Below are positions 1-9,024 of a stretch of DNA of 64,000 nt, piece after piece. Position 1 is the stretch's first letter. Each line of letters starts with the position of its first letter. The notes under the pieces are model-generated. The model ran no database searches and was not told where the DNA came from. It saw only the letters and a list, made by a program, of their open reading frames with translations. The stretch is from Actinomycetes bacterium (GTDB lineage: Bacteria; Actinomycetota; Acidimicrobiia; Acidimicrobiales; Palsa-688), in contig JAJZMF010000048.1 of the NCBI GenBank assembly GCA_021850325.1, positions 141,169 to 205,168 of the forward strand, written 5' to 3'. Made by a program: the position numbers and the translations under genes.

Positions 1-685
1 CGCCCACCGGGTCGACATTGGGGTCGTTCGACCACACCGCGATCTTCGTGCGGTGGCCCGGTTCGCGTGCGGCCGCCTTGATCTCGACCACGCCGTTGGC
101 GATCTCTGGGACCTCGAGCTCGAAGAGGCGCTTTATGAGCCCGGGGTGGGTGCGGGAGACCACGATCTGAGGCCCCTTGCTCGTCTTGCGGACCTCGACG
201 ATGTACGCCTTGAGCCGGGCATTGTGCTCGTAGTGCTCGAAGGGCACCTGCTCGGCCTGGGGCAGCAGCGCCTCGACCTTGCCCAGGTCGAGCAGGGTGT
301 AGCGGTTGTCGCTCTGCTGGATGATGCCCGTGACGATGTCACCCTCCCGCCCCGCGTACTCCTCGTACTTGAGGTCACGCTCGGCCTCACGGATGCGCTG
401 GAAGATGACCTGCTTGGCTGTCTGGGCCGCGATACGCCCGAAGTCCTTCGGCGTGTCGTCCCACTCGCGCACCACGTTGCCCTCGCCGTCGAGCTCCTGG
501 CCGTAAACCCGGATGTCGCCCGAGTCGGGCTCGATGGTGACAACAGCCTCCTCGGCGGCGCCGGGCATCCGCTTGTAGGCAGCCACCAGGGCATTGGCCA
601 GCGCGTCGAGGAGGACGTCGACACTGATGCCCTTGTCCTTGGCGATCTGCTGGAGCGCATCGAAAAAGGCCAGGTTGTCTTTCAT
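1..685 (-). CDS. nusA: Transcription termination/antitermination factor NusA (5' part; gene continues beyond window start)
   Basis: Reverse-complement translation from ATG at 685-683 reads MKDNLAFFDALQQIAKDKGISVDVL...GDIVTGIIQQSDNRYTLLDLGKVEALLP..., the canonical NusA N-terminus and S1 region. The ATGA overlap with the rimP stop indicates translational coupling. The 53..1033 + ORF is antisense to it. Confidence 0.9.
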   Translation of the reverse strand, partial: MKDNLAFFDALQQIAKDKGISVDVLLDALANALVAAYKRMPGAAEEAVVTIEPDSGDIRVYGQELDGEGNVVREWDDTPKDFGRIAAQTAKQVIFQRIREAERDLKYEEYAGREGDIVTGIIQQSDNRYTLLDLGKVEALLPQAEQVPFEHYEHNARLKAYIVEVRKTSKGPQIVVSRTHPGLIKRLFELEVPEIANGVVEIKAAAREPGHRTKIAVWSNDPNVDPVG

Positions 686-1290
686 CGAGCCTCCTCTCCG
701 AGAGCCTGTCGCCCTGGGGCGACGGCCGCTCGGTCCCGGTTTTGGCCGCCCTCGTCGGCTCCCGACCTACGAGGCGTCGTCGACCGGGCCCCGGGGCCCT
801 TTGCTGCCCGAGCCGGCGTGCCCCAACTGAAAACGGTGTTAGCCCTCTCCACCAACGCCATCGGCACCTGTACCTCGTGTGGCCCGGCCTGTCCCTCCGC
901 CTGGACCACGAGAGCGATCCCGGACTCGGTAGCCGCCGTCAACCGTCCCCGCAGGCGGCGCGAACCCTCGATGGCCTCGGTTGTCTTGACCGCCACCTCC
1001 TGGCCGATGTACGCGCTGAAGTGCCGGGGGTAGCGCAGCCGCCTCTCCAGGCCGGGGCTGGACACCTCCAAGGTGTAACGTCCCGCCGGCACGAGGTCGT
1101 CGCGCTCGTCGAGCACGGCGGAGATGGCAGTGGTCACTTCCGCCACGGCATCGAGGTCAACTCCTCCCGGACGGTCCACGAGCACCCTGAGGGAGGTGCC
1201 GGAACGCTCCACGTCCCATATCCCGAGACCGGCGGCCTGCACGGTGGGCCCGAGAGCCTCGGCAATCGCCTCTTCAGCGTTCATAAACAC
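682..1290 (-). CDS. rimP: Ribosome maturation factor RimP
   Basis: Motifs LDAVAEVTTAISAVLDE...YTLEVSSPGLERRL are typical RimP. It sits immediately upstream of nusA, as in most bacteria. It has a Pro/Arg-rich C-terminal tail. Confidence 0.85.
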   Translation of the reverse strand: MFMNAEEAIAEALGPTVQAAGLGIWDVERSGTSLRVLVDRPGGVDLDAVAEVTTAISAVLDERDDLVPAGRYTLEVSSPGLERRLRYPRHFSAYIGQEVAVKTTEAIEGSRRLRGRLTAATESGIALVVQAEGQAGPHEVQVPMALVERANTVFSWGTPARAAKGPGARSTTPRRSGADEGGQNRDRAAVAPGRQALGEEAR

Positions 1291-1384
1291 CTCCTCACGT
1301 CAAGGTCCCATCAAACAAAAGCGTGGGGCACCCTGCCACGCAGGACGACCCACGCACAAAACCACCTGCCGGTGACCAAGGGTT

Positions 1385-1390
1385 ATTATA
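1385..1390 (-). promoter_or_regulatory. Candidate -10 hexamer (TATAAT on minus strand) for the rimP-nusA operon
   Basis: Plus strand ggttattatagcg gives TATAAT on the minus strand about 95 nt upstream of the rimP start. It is the only strongly AT-rich hexamer in this GC-rich intergenic region. No clear -35 seen. Confidence 0.3.
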
Positions 1391-1456
1391 GCGTCTGTCG
1401 GCCCCGTTGTACCTGGCCTGGTCGCGCGCGCCCCGTCGCACGCGCCCCCGAGCGGC

Positions 1457-2788
1457 TCAGGACGACGAACCTGTGACCAGGCGGGCGGTAGCGAGCAAGC
1501 CGAGCTCCCCCAGGGAGCTGAGCCGCAGGTCGGCTTCGGACAGGTCCATGTGGGCGGTCATCTTGTTGGGCACCACCACGCAACCGAGCCCGGCCGCCTT
1601 GGCGGCCAGGAGCCCGTTGCGCGAGTCCTCCACAGCCAGCGCCCGCTCGGGAGCCACGCCCAGGGCCCGGCAGGCGAGCAGGTAGGAGGCGGGGTCCGGC
1701 TTCTTGGCCCCGCAGTCGTCGTAACAGGCCAAGATGCCGAACCGGTCACGCAGGCCGATGCGCTCCAGGTGCCCCTCCACCCATGACCGGGGAGAGCTGG
1801 AGGCCACTGCTACCGCCACGCCCTCGCGCTGCGCCTCGTCCAACCACTCGAGCACACCGGCCATGGGCGGGCGCCCGGCCACCAGCTCCGCCGCCAGGCG
1901 CCGCCTTCGGGCCACCATGTCGTCCTGGCTCTCGGCGGGCCGGACATGGCGACAGAGCTCGGCGTAGGGGTCGAACGTGGTGGGGCCCTGGGCGGTACCG
2001 ATGCACGCCGACCAGCTGACCAGGTCGAGCTCGACTCCGTGCTCGGCCCAGATGGCCCGCCAGGCCAGGTACTCGGGTTCCTCGGTGTCGAGGAGCACCC
2101 CGTCGAAGTCGAACACCACTGCGTCCACGGGCCGGTCGGCGCTGGTGGCCGGGGCACCACCCACCGGTGCCCACGGCCCCTCGGCCTGCACCTCCCGCAA
2201 GCGGGACAACCCGTCCACCAGTCCCGGGCCCGCCACTGCAAAGGCCTCCTCGAAACCGAACCATGCAACCCTGGTGCTCTCGCCCTCCCCCGGCCGGGGC
2301 TCGGCGTCTTGTGATACCAGGAGGTAGCGCAGGTCCAGGTGGAGGTGGTCGTCAGGGCCCGGGTGGACGTCCAGGTGCAACAGGCGGGGCCCTCCGGCCG
2401 GGTGGCTCAGGGGGAGCCCGGTCTCCTCTACGGCTTCTCTCAGGGCGGCCTGGGCGGGCGCTTCCCCCGGCGAGACATGCCCGCCCGGCTGCAGCCACCG
2501 TCCGAGCCGGCGGTGCACGTGCAGGACGGTACCACGGGGCCCGAGCACCAGGGCCGAAGCGGTCACGTGCACCGGGCCTGCCGAACGGTCGAACGGGCGC
2601 TCCAGGTGCGCCAGCTCCTCCAGGAAGCGCTGACGCGAGGAGGCCTCACGCTCGGTCCGGGGGACGAACGCCTCCACCTGGGCACGTAGGCGGGACGCCT
2701 CCGAAGAGGACCAGTCGGGCGCAGGGCCGGTCGCGGCCTCCACCTCGGGCGTTGAGGAGCCGACCAGGTCCGAGAGCTCGGCGCTCAC
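1457..2788 (-). CDS. Bifunctional NUDIX hydrolase / HAD-superfamily phosphatase fusion protein
   Basis: N-terminal half carries a Nudix box (GGHVSPGEAPAQAALREAVEETGL). C-terminal half carries HAD motif I (VVFDFDGVLLDTEEP) and the ...CYDDCGAKKPDP...AVEDSRNGLLAAKAAG motifs of HAD subfamily IA. Its start overlaps the ispG stop in an ATGA arrangement. Confidence 0.8.
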   Translation of the reverse strand: MSAELSDLVGSSTPEVEAATGPAPDWSSSEASRLRAQVEAFVPRTEREASSRQRFLEELAHLERPFDRSAGPVHVTASALVLGPRGTVLHVHRRLGRWLQPGGHVSPGEAPAQAALREAVEETGLPLSHPAGGPRLLHLDVHPGPDDHLHLDLRYLLVSQDAEPRPGEGESTRVAWFGFEEAFAVAGPGLVDGLSRLREVQAEGPWAPVGGAPATSADRPVDAVVFDFDGVLLDTEEPEYLAWRAIWAEHGVELDLVSWSACIGTAQGPTTFDPYAELCRHVRPAESQDDMVARRRRLAAELVAGRPPMAGVLEWLDEAQREGVAVAVASSSPRSWVEGHLERIGLRDRFGILACYDDCGAKKPDPASYLLACRALGVAPERALAVEDSRNGLLAAKAAGLGCVVVPNKMTAHMDLSEADLRLSSLGELGLLATARLVTGSSS

Positions 2789-4014
2789 CGGGAGGGCTGC
2801 TCGCCGGACAGGCGCCGGTTGATCAACTGCACGATGGCCTCGCTGCGGTTCACATCGCCGCCCTTGTCCCCCAGCAGCGCCATCCTGTCGGCCTCGGCCT
2901 CCTTGCCAGCGTTGCGGTCGGCCGCCGCCAGGCGGGCCTCGAAACCTTCTTGGACGAGCTTCTCCGCTTCCTCCACCAGCGCAGCGACCATCTCCTCCTC
3001 AGGTACCACCCGGACGATCTCACCCTTGATGAACAGGTGGCCCCGGTGCCTGCCCGCCGCTATCCCCAGGTCGGCCGAGCGGGCTTCACCCGGCCCGTTC
3101 ACGACGCAGCCCATGACCGCGACCTGGAGCGGTATCGAGCGCGCCTCCAGCGCAGCCTGGGCCTCCTGCGCCACCCGGTACACGTCTATCTCGGCCCGCC
3201 CACACGAAGGGCAGGCTATGAGGTCCACGTTGCGGCGCTCCCGTAGGCCCAGGGCCTCCAGGAGCACGCGGCCGGCCTTGGCCTCCTCCACCGGGTCCGT
3301 GGTGAGCGAGTACCGGATGGTGTCCCCGATGCCCTCCATGAGGAGCGTCCCGATACCGGCGGTGCCCTTGACCACACCGGCCGGGGGCGGGCCGGCCTCG
3401 GTCAGGCCCAGGTGCAAAGGGTGGTCGACGAGCTCGGAGAGCTGACGGTAGGCCTCCACCATGAGAGGTACCCGCGACGCCTTGACGCTGATCTTCACGT
3501 TGTCGAAGCCCACCTCGGCGAACAGGCCGAGCTCGGTGAGCGCCGACTCCACCAGTGCCTCGGGCGTCGCCTCGCCGTACTTGTCCAACAGGCGCTTGTC
3601 CAGGGACCCGGCGTTCACCCCGATCCGCACCGGTATGCCCCGGTCCTTGCACTCCCTCGCCACCAGCTTGATCTCTTCCGGCTTGCGAAGGTTGCCGGGG
3701 TTGAGGCGCAGGCAGTGCACGCCCGCCTCGAGGGCTGCCAGGGCCATCTCGACGTGGAAATGTATGTCGGCCACAACGGGCACCGGGCTCCGGGGCACGA
3801 TGCGAGCCAGGCCTTCGGCCGCCTCCCGCTCGTTACAGGTGCAACGCACGATGTCCGCCCCTGCCGCCTTGAGGGCGTATATCTGGGCCAGCGTCCCGTC
3901 GACGTCGGCGGTCTTGGTGGTCGTCATCGACTGCACGGTTATGGGGGCGTCACCACCCACGGGCACGGGGCCCACCATGATCTGACGCGTCTTCCTACGG
4001 GGGTAGCGCTGCAC
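2785..4014 (-). CDS. ispG: 4-hydroxy-3-methylbut-2-en-1-yl diphosphate synthase (flavodoxin) IspG/GcpE
   Basis: RRKTRQIMVGPVPVGGDAPITVQSMTTT, CLRLNPGN and ACPSCGR motifs are characteristic of GcpE. The ORF is full length. Confidence 0.93.
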   Translation of the reverse strand: MQRYPRRKTRQIMVGPVPVGGDAPITVQSMTTTKTADVDGTLAQIYALKAAGADIVRCTCNEREAAEGLARIVPRSPVPVVADIHFHVEMALAALEAGVHCLRLNPGNLRKPEEIKLVARECKDRGIPVRIGVNAGSLDKRLLDKYGEATPEALVESALTELGLFAEVGFDNVKISVKASRVPLMVEAYRQLSELVDHPLHLGLTEAGPPPAGVVKGTAGIGTLLMEGIGDTIRYSLTTDPVEEAKAGRVLLEALGLRERRNVDLIACPSCGRAEIDVYRVAQEAQAALEARSIPLQVAVMGCVVNGPGEARSADLGIAAGRHRGHLFIKGEIVRVVPEEEMVAALVEEAEKLVQEGFEARLAAADRNAGKEAEADRMALLGDKGGDVNRSEAIVQLINRRLSGEQPSR

Positions 4015-4126
4015 CGGCCCTCCACTGGTCAGTACCGGGGCCTACCGGGCCCCTGCCCAAGTTACCGCCCAGCCTATGGCCTGGCCGCCGGCCGCCTGGC
4101 GGCCGTCCCCGGGCGGGCGGCCGCGC

Positions 4127-5377
4127 TCAGGAGACCACGTCGCGCAGGTCCAGGAAGAGCGAGGTGATGCCGTAGAAGGCCAGCAACGCCAGGACGGCGT
4201 ACACCACCGGCGCCAGCTTGTTGACGTCCGCCCGGTAAGGACGGCGCCCGATGGCGCTGCGCACCTTCTCGTACAGGGCGATGGCGACGTGGCCGCCGTC
4301 GAAGGGCAGCAACGGGACCAGGTTGAACGTCCCGAGGAAGATGTTGATCAGCACCAGTAGGTACAAGACCTCGGACCAGCCGACATGGGTGGCCACGTTG
4401 GCCAGGCGCACCAGGCCCACCGGCGAGACGAAGCGCACAGCGTGCGGGCTGTCCGCCGCCTTCTGGCTGGAGAGCATGTGCACGTAGCTGCCCACACCTC
4501 CGACCACGTGGCCGAAGGCGGAGACCGAGGAGACGAACGTGGAGCCGAAGGCGGTGGCCGCATGCCCGAGCGACCCCAGAACGCCGAAGCGCACGACGCT
4601 GCTCCCCTCGATCCCCAAGAACCCCGTCGGCTTGGAGAACAGAGGCGCCCTGGTGCCGGCAACCTCCACCTTGGACCCGTCCACCAGGGTGGTGGTCACC
4701 GTCGACACCCGGCCGGCGTGGTCCACGGTGAGCCGCACCTTCCGGTCGGGCCGGGCCCTCAGGTAGGCGCTCATCTGGTCCCAGCCCTTGAAGTGGACCC
4801 CGTCGACGGCCAGGATCACGTCTCCCGGCACCAGGCCCGCCCGCTGGGCCGGGCTCTTCTGGCCGTGCACGAACCCGTCGACCGCCACGATCGGGCTGGT
4901 CGCCGGAGGGTCCTTCACGAAGTTGCCGACGTCGCCGGGACCGACGAAGAGGATGAACAACAGGACGAAGGCCAGGGTGAAGTGGACCAACGAACCCGCC
5001 ATGGCCACCATCACGCGCTTCCAGGTGGCCTGGTTGCGGTAAGCCCGTGGCTCGTCGGCGGGTGCGACCTCCTCTGCCCCCGTCATGCCGATGATCCGGC
5101 AGTACCCGCCCAAGGGGAGGGCCTTCACCCCGTACTCGGTCTCACCCCGGCGTACGGACCACAACCGGGGGCCGAAGCCCACGAAGAACTCAGTCACCTT
5201 CATCCCGGCGCGCTTTGCCGTGACGAAGTGCCCCAGCTCGTGGAGCACGATGACCAGCACCAACGAGGCCACCACGAGCACGGTGGCCAGGGCGCCGAAC
5301 AAGGTCGCCACCACGAGCCCGGCGACGACCACCAGTGCGAGGCGCAACAGGGCCGACCGCTGCTCGCGTACGTCCAT
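4127..5377 (-). CDS. rseP: RIP zinc metalloprotease RseP/Rip1 (site-2 protease, M50 family, with PDZ domain)
   Basis: HELGHF zinc motif within a first TM helix (LVLVIVLHELGHFVTAKRAGMKV). There is a PDZ-like region and a C-terminal LDGGH motif (NLVPLLPFDGGHV). The likely start is MDVREQRS; the track ORF extends further upstream. Confidence 0.88.
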   Translation of the reverse strand: MDVREQRSALLRLALVVVAGLVVATLFGALATVLVVASLVLVIVLHELGHFVTAKRAGMKVTEFFVGFGPRLWSVRRGETEYGVKALPLGGYCRIIGMTGAEEVAPADEPRAYRNQATWKRVMVAMAGSLVHFTLAFVLLFILFVGPGDVGNFVKDPPATSPIVAVDGFVHGQKSPAQRAGLVPGDVILAVDGVHFKGWDQMSAYLRARPDRKVRLTVDHAGRVSTVTTTLVDGSKVEVAGTRAPLFSKPTGFLGIEGSSVVRFGVLGSLGHAATAFGSTFVSSVSAFGHVVGGVGSYVHMLSSQKAADSPHAVRFVSPVGLVRLANVATHVGWSEVLYLLVLINIFLGTFNLVPLLPFDGGHVAIALYEKVRSAIGRRPYRADVNKLAPVVYAVLALLAFYGITSLFLDLRDVVS

Positions 5378-5489
5378 TGCCGGTGGGCGCCGGGGAACGC
5401 GCCCGGCCGGAAGGCCCGCTGCCCCAGCTGGACCTGGCGGAGCGCCTGTGGGCTGTGCTCCCGGGCCCTCGGGCCCTGCGTGCCCGGCT

Positions 5490-6710
5490 TCAGCCATGGG
5501 CACGGCCGCTCCCCTTGCCCGCTCCCAGCGGTGCCGGAAGGTTGCCGACAGCTTCCTCCGCCAGCGCCCGGCCCTCGGCGTCAGCCGCCAGCACGTCGTC
5601 CAAGCCCAACGGTTCTGCCTCCTGGTGGCGTTCCATGACCCTGCTCACGACGGTAGGTATATCGACCCAACGTAAGCGGCCCCTTAAGAAGGCAGCCACC
5701 GCCACCTCGTTGGCCCCGTTCAGGCATGCAGGCGCGGTGCCCCCCCTGGTGCCGGCCTCGTAGGCGAGGTCGAGGCAGGGGAACGCAGAACGGTCCGGGG
5801 GCTCGAAGCCCAGGTGGCCCAGCCCGGCCCAGTCGATGGTGCCGAAGGGCACGTCGAGGCGTTCGGGGTAGGCGAGGGCATAGCCGATGGGCAGGCGCAT
5901 GTCCGGCAGGGACAGTTGGGCGATGGTCGCCCCGTCGGTCATCTCGACCATCGAGTGGACCACGGACTGCGGGTGCACCACCACCTCGATGCGCTCGTAG
6001 GGCACGTCGAAGAGCAGGTGGGCCTCGATCACCTCCAGGCCCTTGTTCATGAGGGTCGAGGAGTCGACGGTGATCTTGGGGCCCATCTTCCAGGTGGGGT
6101 GGGCCAGGGCGTCCTCGACCGTCACCTCGGCCAGTTCCGCCCGCGACCTCCCCCGGAACGGCCCACCCGAGGCCGTGACGACCAGGCGTCGGACCGCCTC
6201 CGGGCTGCCTGCGCTGCGCAGGCACTGGTGCAGGGCGCAGTGCTCGGAGTCCACCGGCACCACCTCAGCCCCCGGCGTAGCCCACGCCCGCTTGACCACC
6301 GGCCCACCGGCGATGAGCGATTCCTTGTTGGCCAGGGCCAACCTCTTGCCTGCTTGCAGGGCGGCGAGGGTCACCTCGAGCCCCGCAAAACCCACCACCC
6401 CGTTCAGTACGACGTCAGCCCGGGTGGCAGCTTCGGCCAACGAACCGGGCCCCGCCAGCACCTCGGTCCCCGCGGGCACCAGCTCCCGCACCTCCGCGGC
6501 CCGGGACTGGTCGGCCACGGCCACATAACGCGGCCTCAGAGCCTGTGCCTGGCGGGCCAACAGCTCGACCGAGGACCCGGCCGCCAGCCCCACGACCTCG
6601 TACCGACCAGGCCACGACGCCAGGACGTCGATGGCCTGGGCCCCGATGGACCCCGTGCTGCCGGCTATGAAGAGCGACCGCGGCCCCTGCGCAACCGACG
6701 GGTCAGGCAA
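5490..6710 (-). CDS. dxr: 1-deoxy-D-xylulose 5-phosphate reductoisomerase
   Basis: LFIAGSTGSIGAQAIDV NADPH-binding N-terminus, LANKESLIAGG motif, and conserved position between rseP and cdsA. Confidence 0.93.
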   Translation of the reverse strand: MPDPSVAQGPRSLFIAGSTGSIGAQAIDVLASWPGRYEVVGLAAGSSVELLARQAQALRPRYVAVADQSRAAEVRELVPAGTEVLAGPGSLAEAATRADVVLNGVVGFAGLEVTLAALQAGKRLALANKESLIAGGPVVKRAWATPGAEVVPVDSEHCALHQCLRSAGSPEAVRRLVVTASGGPFRGRSRAELAEVTVEDALAHPTWKMGPKITVDSSTLMNKGLEVIEAHLLFDVPYERIEVVVHPQSVVHSMVEMTDGATIAQLSLPDMRLPIGYALAYPERLDVPFGTIDWAGLGHLGFEPPDRSAFPCLDLAYEAGTRGGTAPACLNGANEVAVAAFLRGRLRWVDIPTVVSRVMERHQEAEPLGLDDVLAADAEGRALAEEAVGNLPAPLGAGKGSGRAHG

Positions 6711-8403
6711 TGTGCAGGACGGTCACGAGGAAGTAGGTCGCCGGCAGGACGAACAACAGCGAGTCGAACCGGTCCAGCAGTCCCCCGTGCCCTGGCAGCA
6801 GCGCCCCCGAGTCCTTGAGCCGCAGGTCCCGCTTCACCATCGACTGGGCCAGGTCGCCGAGTGGTGCGGCTATGGCCACCACCAGGCCGAGCACGAGGCC
6901 GCGAGAGGCGCCGCCCCACGGCACGACGAACTTACCGACAACCGCGCCCGCCACCAGGGCCGCCACCGCCCCGGCCAGGAAGCCCTCCCAGGTCTTGCCC
7001 GGGCTGACCGTCGGCGCCAGTGGGTGAGACCCGAACCGGCTGCCGGCGAACCAGGCCACCATGTCGGCCACCACCGTGGGCACGACGGCGCCGAAGAAGA
7101 TACCCGCCCCGTGGTGCTGCGCCAGCAGGACGCCGGCGAAGGAGCCCAGGCCCCCCACCCATACGAAGCCGAACAGGGTCACCGCCGAGTTGACCACCGC
7201 CCGCGCCTCCACGACGCGTACCAGGTACCAGGTGAGCGTAGCCATGACCACCAAGGCCCCGACCACCATCACCGCCTGCGGGCCCCGCCAGTAGGCGGCC
7301 ACCACGGCCGCAGCCGCACCCAGGCCGCCCACCAGAGTTGCCGGGCGGAAACCGGCCCGCTGGAACATCGAGAACGCCTCCAGGGCCGAACCGGCTACGC
7401 CCACCACGGCCAGCACGAGGAGCGCACCCGGCCCGACCAGGTAACAGAACACCAGGAGCACTGCCAGGGCGAGACCCGTCGTCACTGCTGCCCCCACGTC
7501 CCGGCCGCCGTGCCCCTGCAGACCTCTCTCCTCAGCCACGTCGTAGGGCCCCCTCGCCCCCTGGTCGGGCCCCTGGCCCGGCTCGCTCCTCCGCCGCCGG
7601 GGCCGTGCCCCTTGGCCGACGGGTAGGCGCGCACCGGGCGGCGGCCCGTTCCGGCGCAGACGGACGGTGGTAACCGGGCGTGCCGCCTCTTCCGCACCGG
7701 CCTCACCGGCGGTCCCGGCCTCACCGGCGGTCCCGGCCCGGCGCGGCCCGTGCCGAGGGGGAGCGCCGTGCGCCGTCCCGTCGTCCAGTTCGGTCACATC
7801 GGTACCCTCGTCATGCACGTCGCGCACGGCGTCTGCTCCTCCCTCGGACCGGGGCGGGGGGGCAGTGCGGCGCACCCTGGCCTGCTCCAGACGCTCGAAG
7901 TCGTCGTCGAAAGAGAACGGGGAGCGCTCCTGCTCGGTGACCCCCACCGGTCCCTGGTCGCTCAGCAGGTCCTCGACCCCGGGGCCCCCGGACCAGTCGT
8001 GAGCGTCCTCGCGCCAGTGCAGGCCTCGGGAGCCCAACAGGCGCCAGGCCTGCATCTCGTCGTCCTGCCTGCCCACAAGGGCACGCGGTACCTCGCCGGT
8101 GGGCGGGTCCGCCCAGTGCGGCAACTCTGTACCCTCTCCCGAGCTCACCCTGGCCACCAACTCCGCTCTCGGTACGTCCAGCCGATCGTAGTACCCCGGC
8201 CCGCCGCCGGCTGCCTGCGCCGGTGGCCCCGAACCGGTAACCACCTGGAACGGGCCGGTTGGCGCACCCGGGTCGTAGCCCTCCGGCTCGCCTTGCGCCC
8301 CCCATCCACCCACCTCGAGGGGCGCCACCCACGCCGCGTCCGCACGGCTGCTGCTTGTTGCCCGGCCCCTGCGCAACGAGGGGCCCTGTCCGTTGTCAGC
8401 CAC
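6703..8403 (-). CDS. cdsA: Phosphatidate cytidylyltransferase CdsA with a long low-complexity N-terminal extension
   Basis: C-terminal ~290 aa is a polytopic membrane domain ending ...HGGLLDRFDSLLFVLP (CTP-transferase signature). It sits between dxr and frr. The N-terminal ~280 aa are Pro/Gly/Arg/Glu-rich with GC3 near 90% in frame (consistent with coding) and contain an AGTAGE repeat. Confidence 0.8.
   Translation of the reverse strand: MADNGQGPSLRRGRATSSSRADAAWVAPLEVGGWGAQGEPEGYDPGAPTGPFQVVTGSGPPAQAAGGGPGYYDRLDVPRAELVARVSSGEGTELPHWADPPTGEVPRALVGRQDDEMQAWRLLGSRGLHWREDAHDWSGGPGVEDLLSDQGPVGVTEQERSPFSFDDDFERLEQARVRRTAPPPRSEGGADAVRDVHDEGTDVTELDDGTAHGAPPRHGPRRAGTAGEAGTAGEAGAEEAARPVTTVRLRRNGPPPGARLPVGQGARPRRRRSEPGQGPDQGARGPYDVAEERGLQGHGGRDVGAAVTTGLALAVLLVFCYLVGPGALLVLAVVGVAGSALEAFSMFQRAGFRPATLVGGLGAAAAVVAAYWRGPQAVMVVGALVVMATLTWYLVRVVEARAVVNSAVTLFGFVWVGGLGSFAGVLLAQHHGAGIFFGAVVPTVVADMVAWFAGSRFGSHPLAPTVSPGKTWEGFLAGAVAALVAGAVVGKFVVPWGGASRGLVLGLVVAIAAPLGDLAQSMVKRDLRLKDSGALLPGHGGLLDRFDSLLFVLPATYFLVTVLHIA
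7700..7735. repeat. Tandem direct repeat, 18 bp x2 (cctcaccggcggtcccgg)
   Basis: Exact duplication visible in the sequence. It lies inside the cdsA N-terminal extension, where it encodes AGTAGEAGTAGE. Confidence 0.8.
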
Positions 8404-8448
8404 CGCTCTCAGCCCCCGAGCCGGGGCGCGCGCACCCGGCCACGGTGC

Positions 8449-9024
8449 TCAACCGTTGAGGAGCTCCTGCTCCTTGTGCGCCAGAAGCCGGTCGATCTCG
8501 GAGGTGTGGTCATGGGTCAACTTGTCGAGCTCCTTTTCGGCCCGCTCGAGCTCGTCGTTCGAGATCTCGCCGTCCTTCTCGAACGACTCGAGGTCCTTGC
8601 GGGCCCCCCGACGCAGGTTGCGGACCGCCACCCGGCCCTCCTCGGCCTTGTGATGGGCGACCTTGGCCAGCTCCTTGCGCCGCTCGGCAGTGAGGATGGG
8701 GAACACCAGCCGCACCACGGCTCCGTCGTTGCTCGGGGTGACCCCGAGATCCGAGGACAGGATCGCCTTCTCGATGGCCTTCAGGGAGGCCTGGCCCTTC
8801 TCGTAGGGCGTGATCAGGAGCGTCCGGGGCTCGGGCACGTGTATGCCGGCAAGCTGTTGCAGCGGCACCTCGGCCCCGTAGTACTCCACCCGCAGCTTCT
8901 CGACGAGGGCCGGGGCCGCTCTCCCGGTGCGGATGCCCCCGAACTCGGCCTTGGTGTGCTCGACCACCCGCGCCATGCGCTCCCGGCAGTCCTCGATGGC
9001 GGCGTCTACGAGCGTGTCAGGCAT
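8449..9024 (-). CDS. frr: Ribosome recycling factor
   Basis: 191-aa protein with typical Frr sequence (...VRLVFPILTAERRKELAKVAHHKAEEGRVAVRNLRR...). Located between cdsA and pyrH. Confidence 0.95.
   Translation of the reverse strand: MPDTLVDAAIEDCRERMARVVEHTKAEFGGIRTGRAAPALVEKLRVEYYGAEVPLQQLAGIHVPEPRTLLITPYEKGQASLKAIEKAILSSDLGVTPSNDGAVVRLVFPILTAERRKELAKVAHHKAEEGRVAVRNLRRGARKDLESFEKDGEISNDELERAEKELDKLTHDHTSEIDRLLAHKEQELLNG

Noticed and set aside
53-1033. 326-aa plus-strand ORF at the window start
   Set aside because: It is antisense to the clearly recognisable nusA (1..685, -) and rimP genes. Its translation is low-complexity (Leu/Asp/Val-rich), typical of GC-rich antisense frames.
4015-4126. 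GGCCGCC-T-GGCGGCC palindrome between rseP and ispG
   Set aside because: The perfect 7-bp arms are separated by only 1 nt, which is too tight for a hairpin. GC-rich palindromes of this size are frequent by chance at this GC content.
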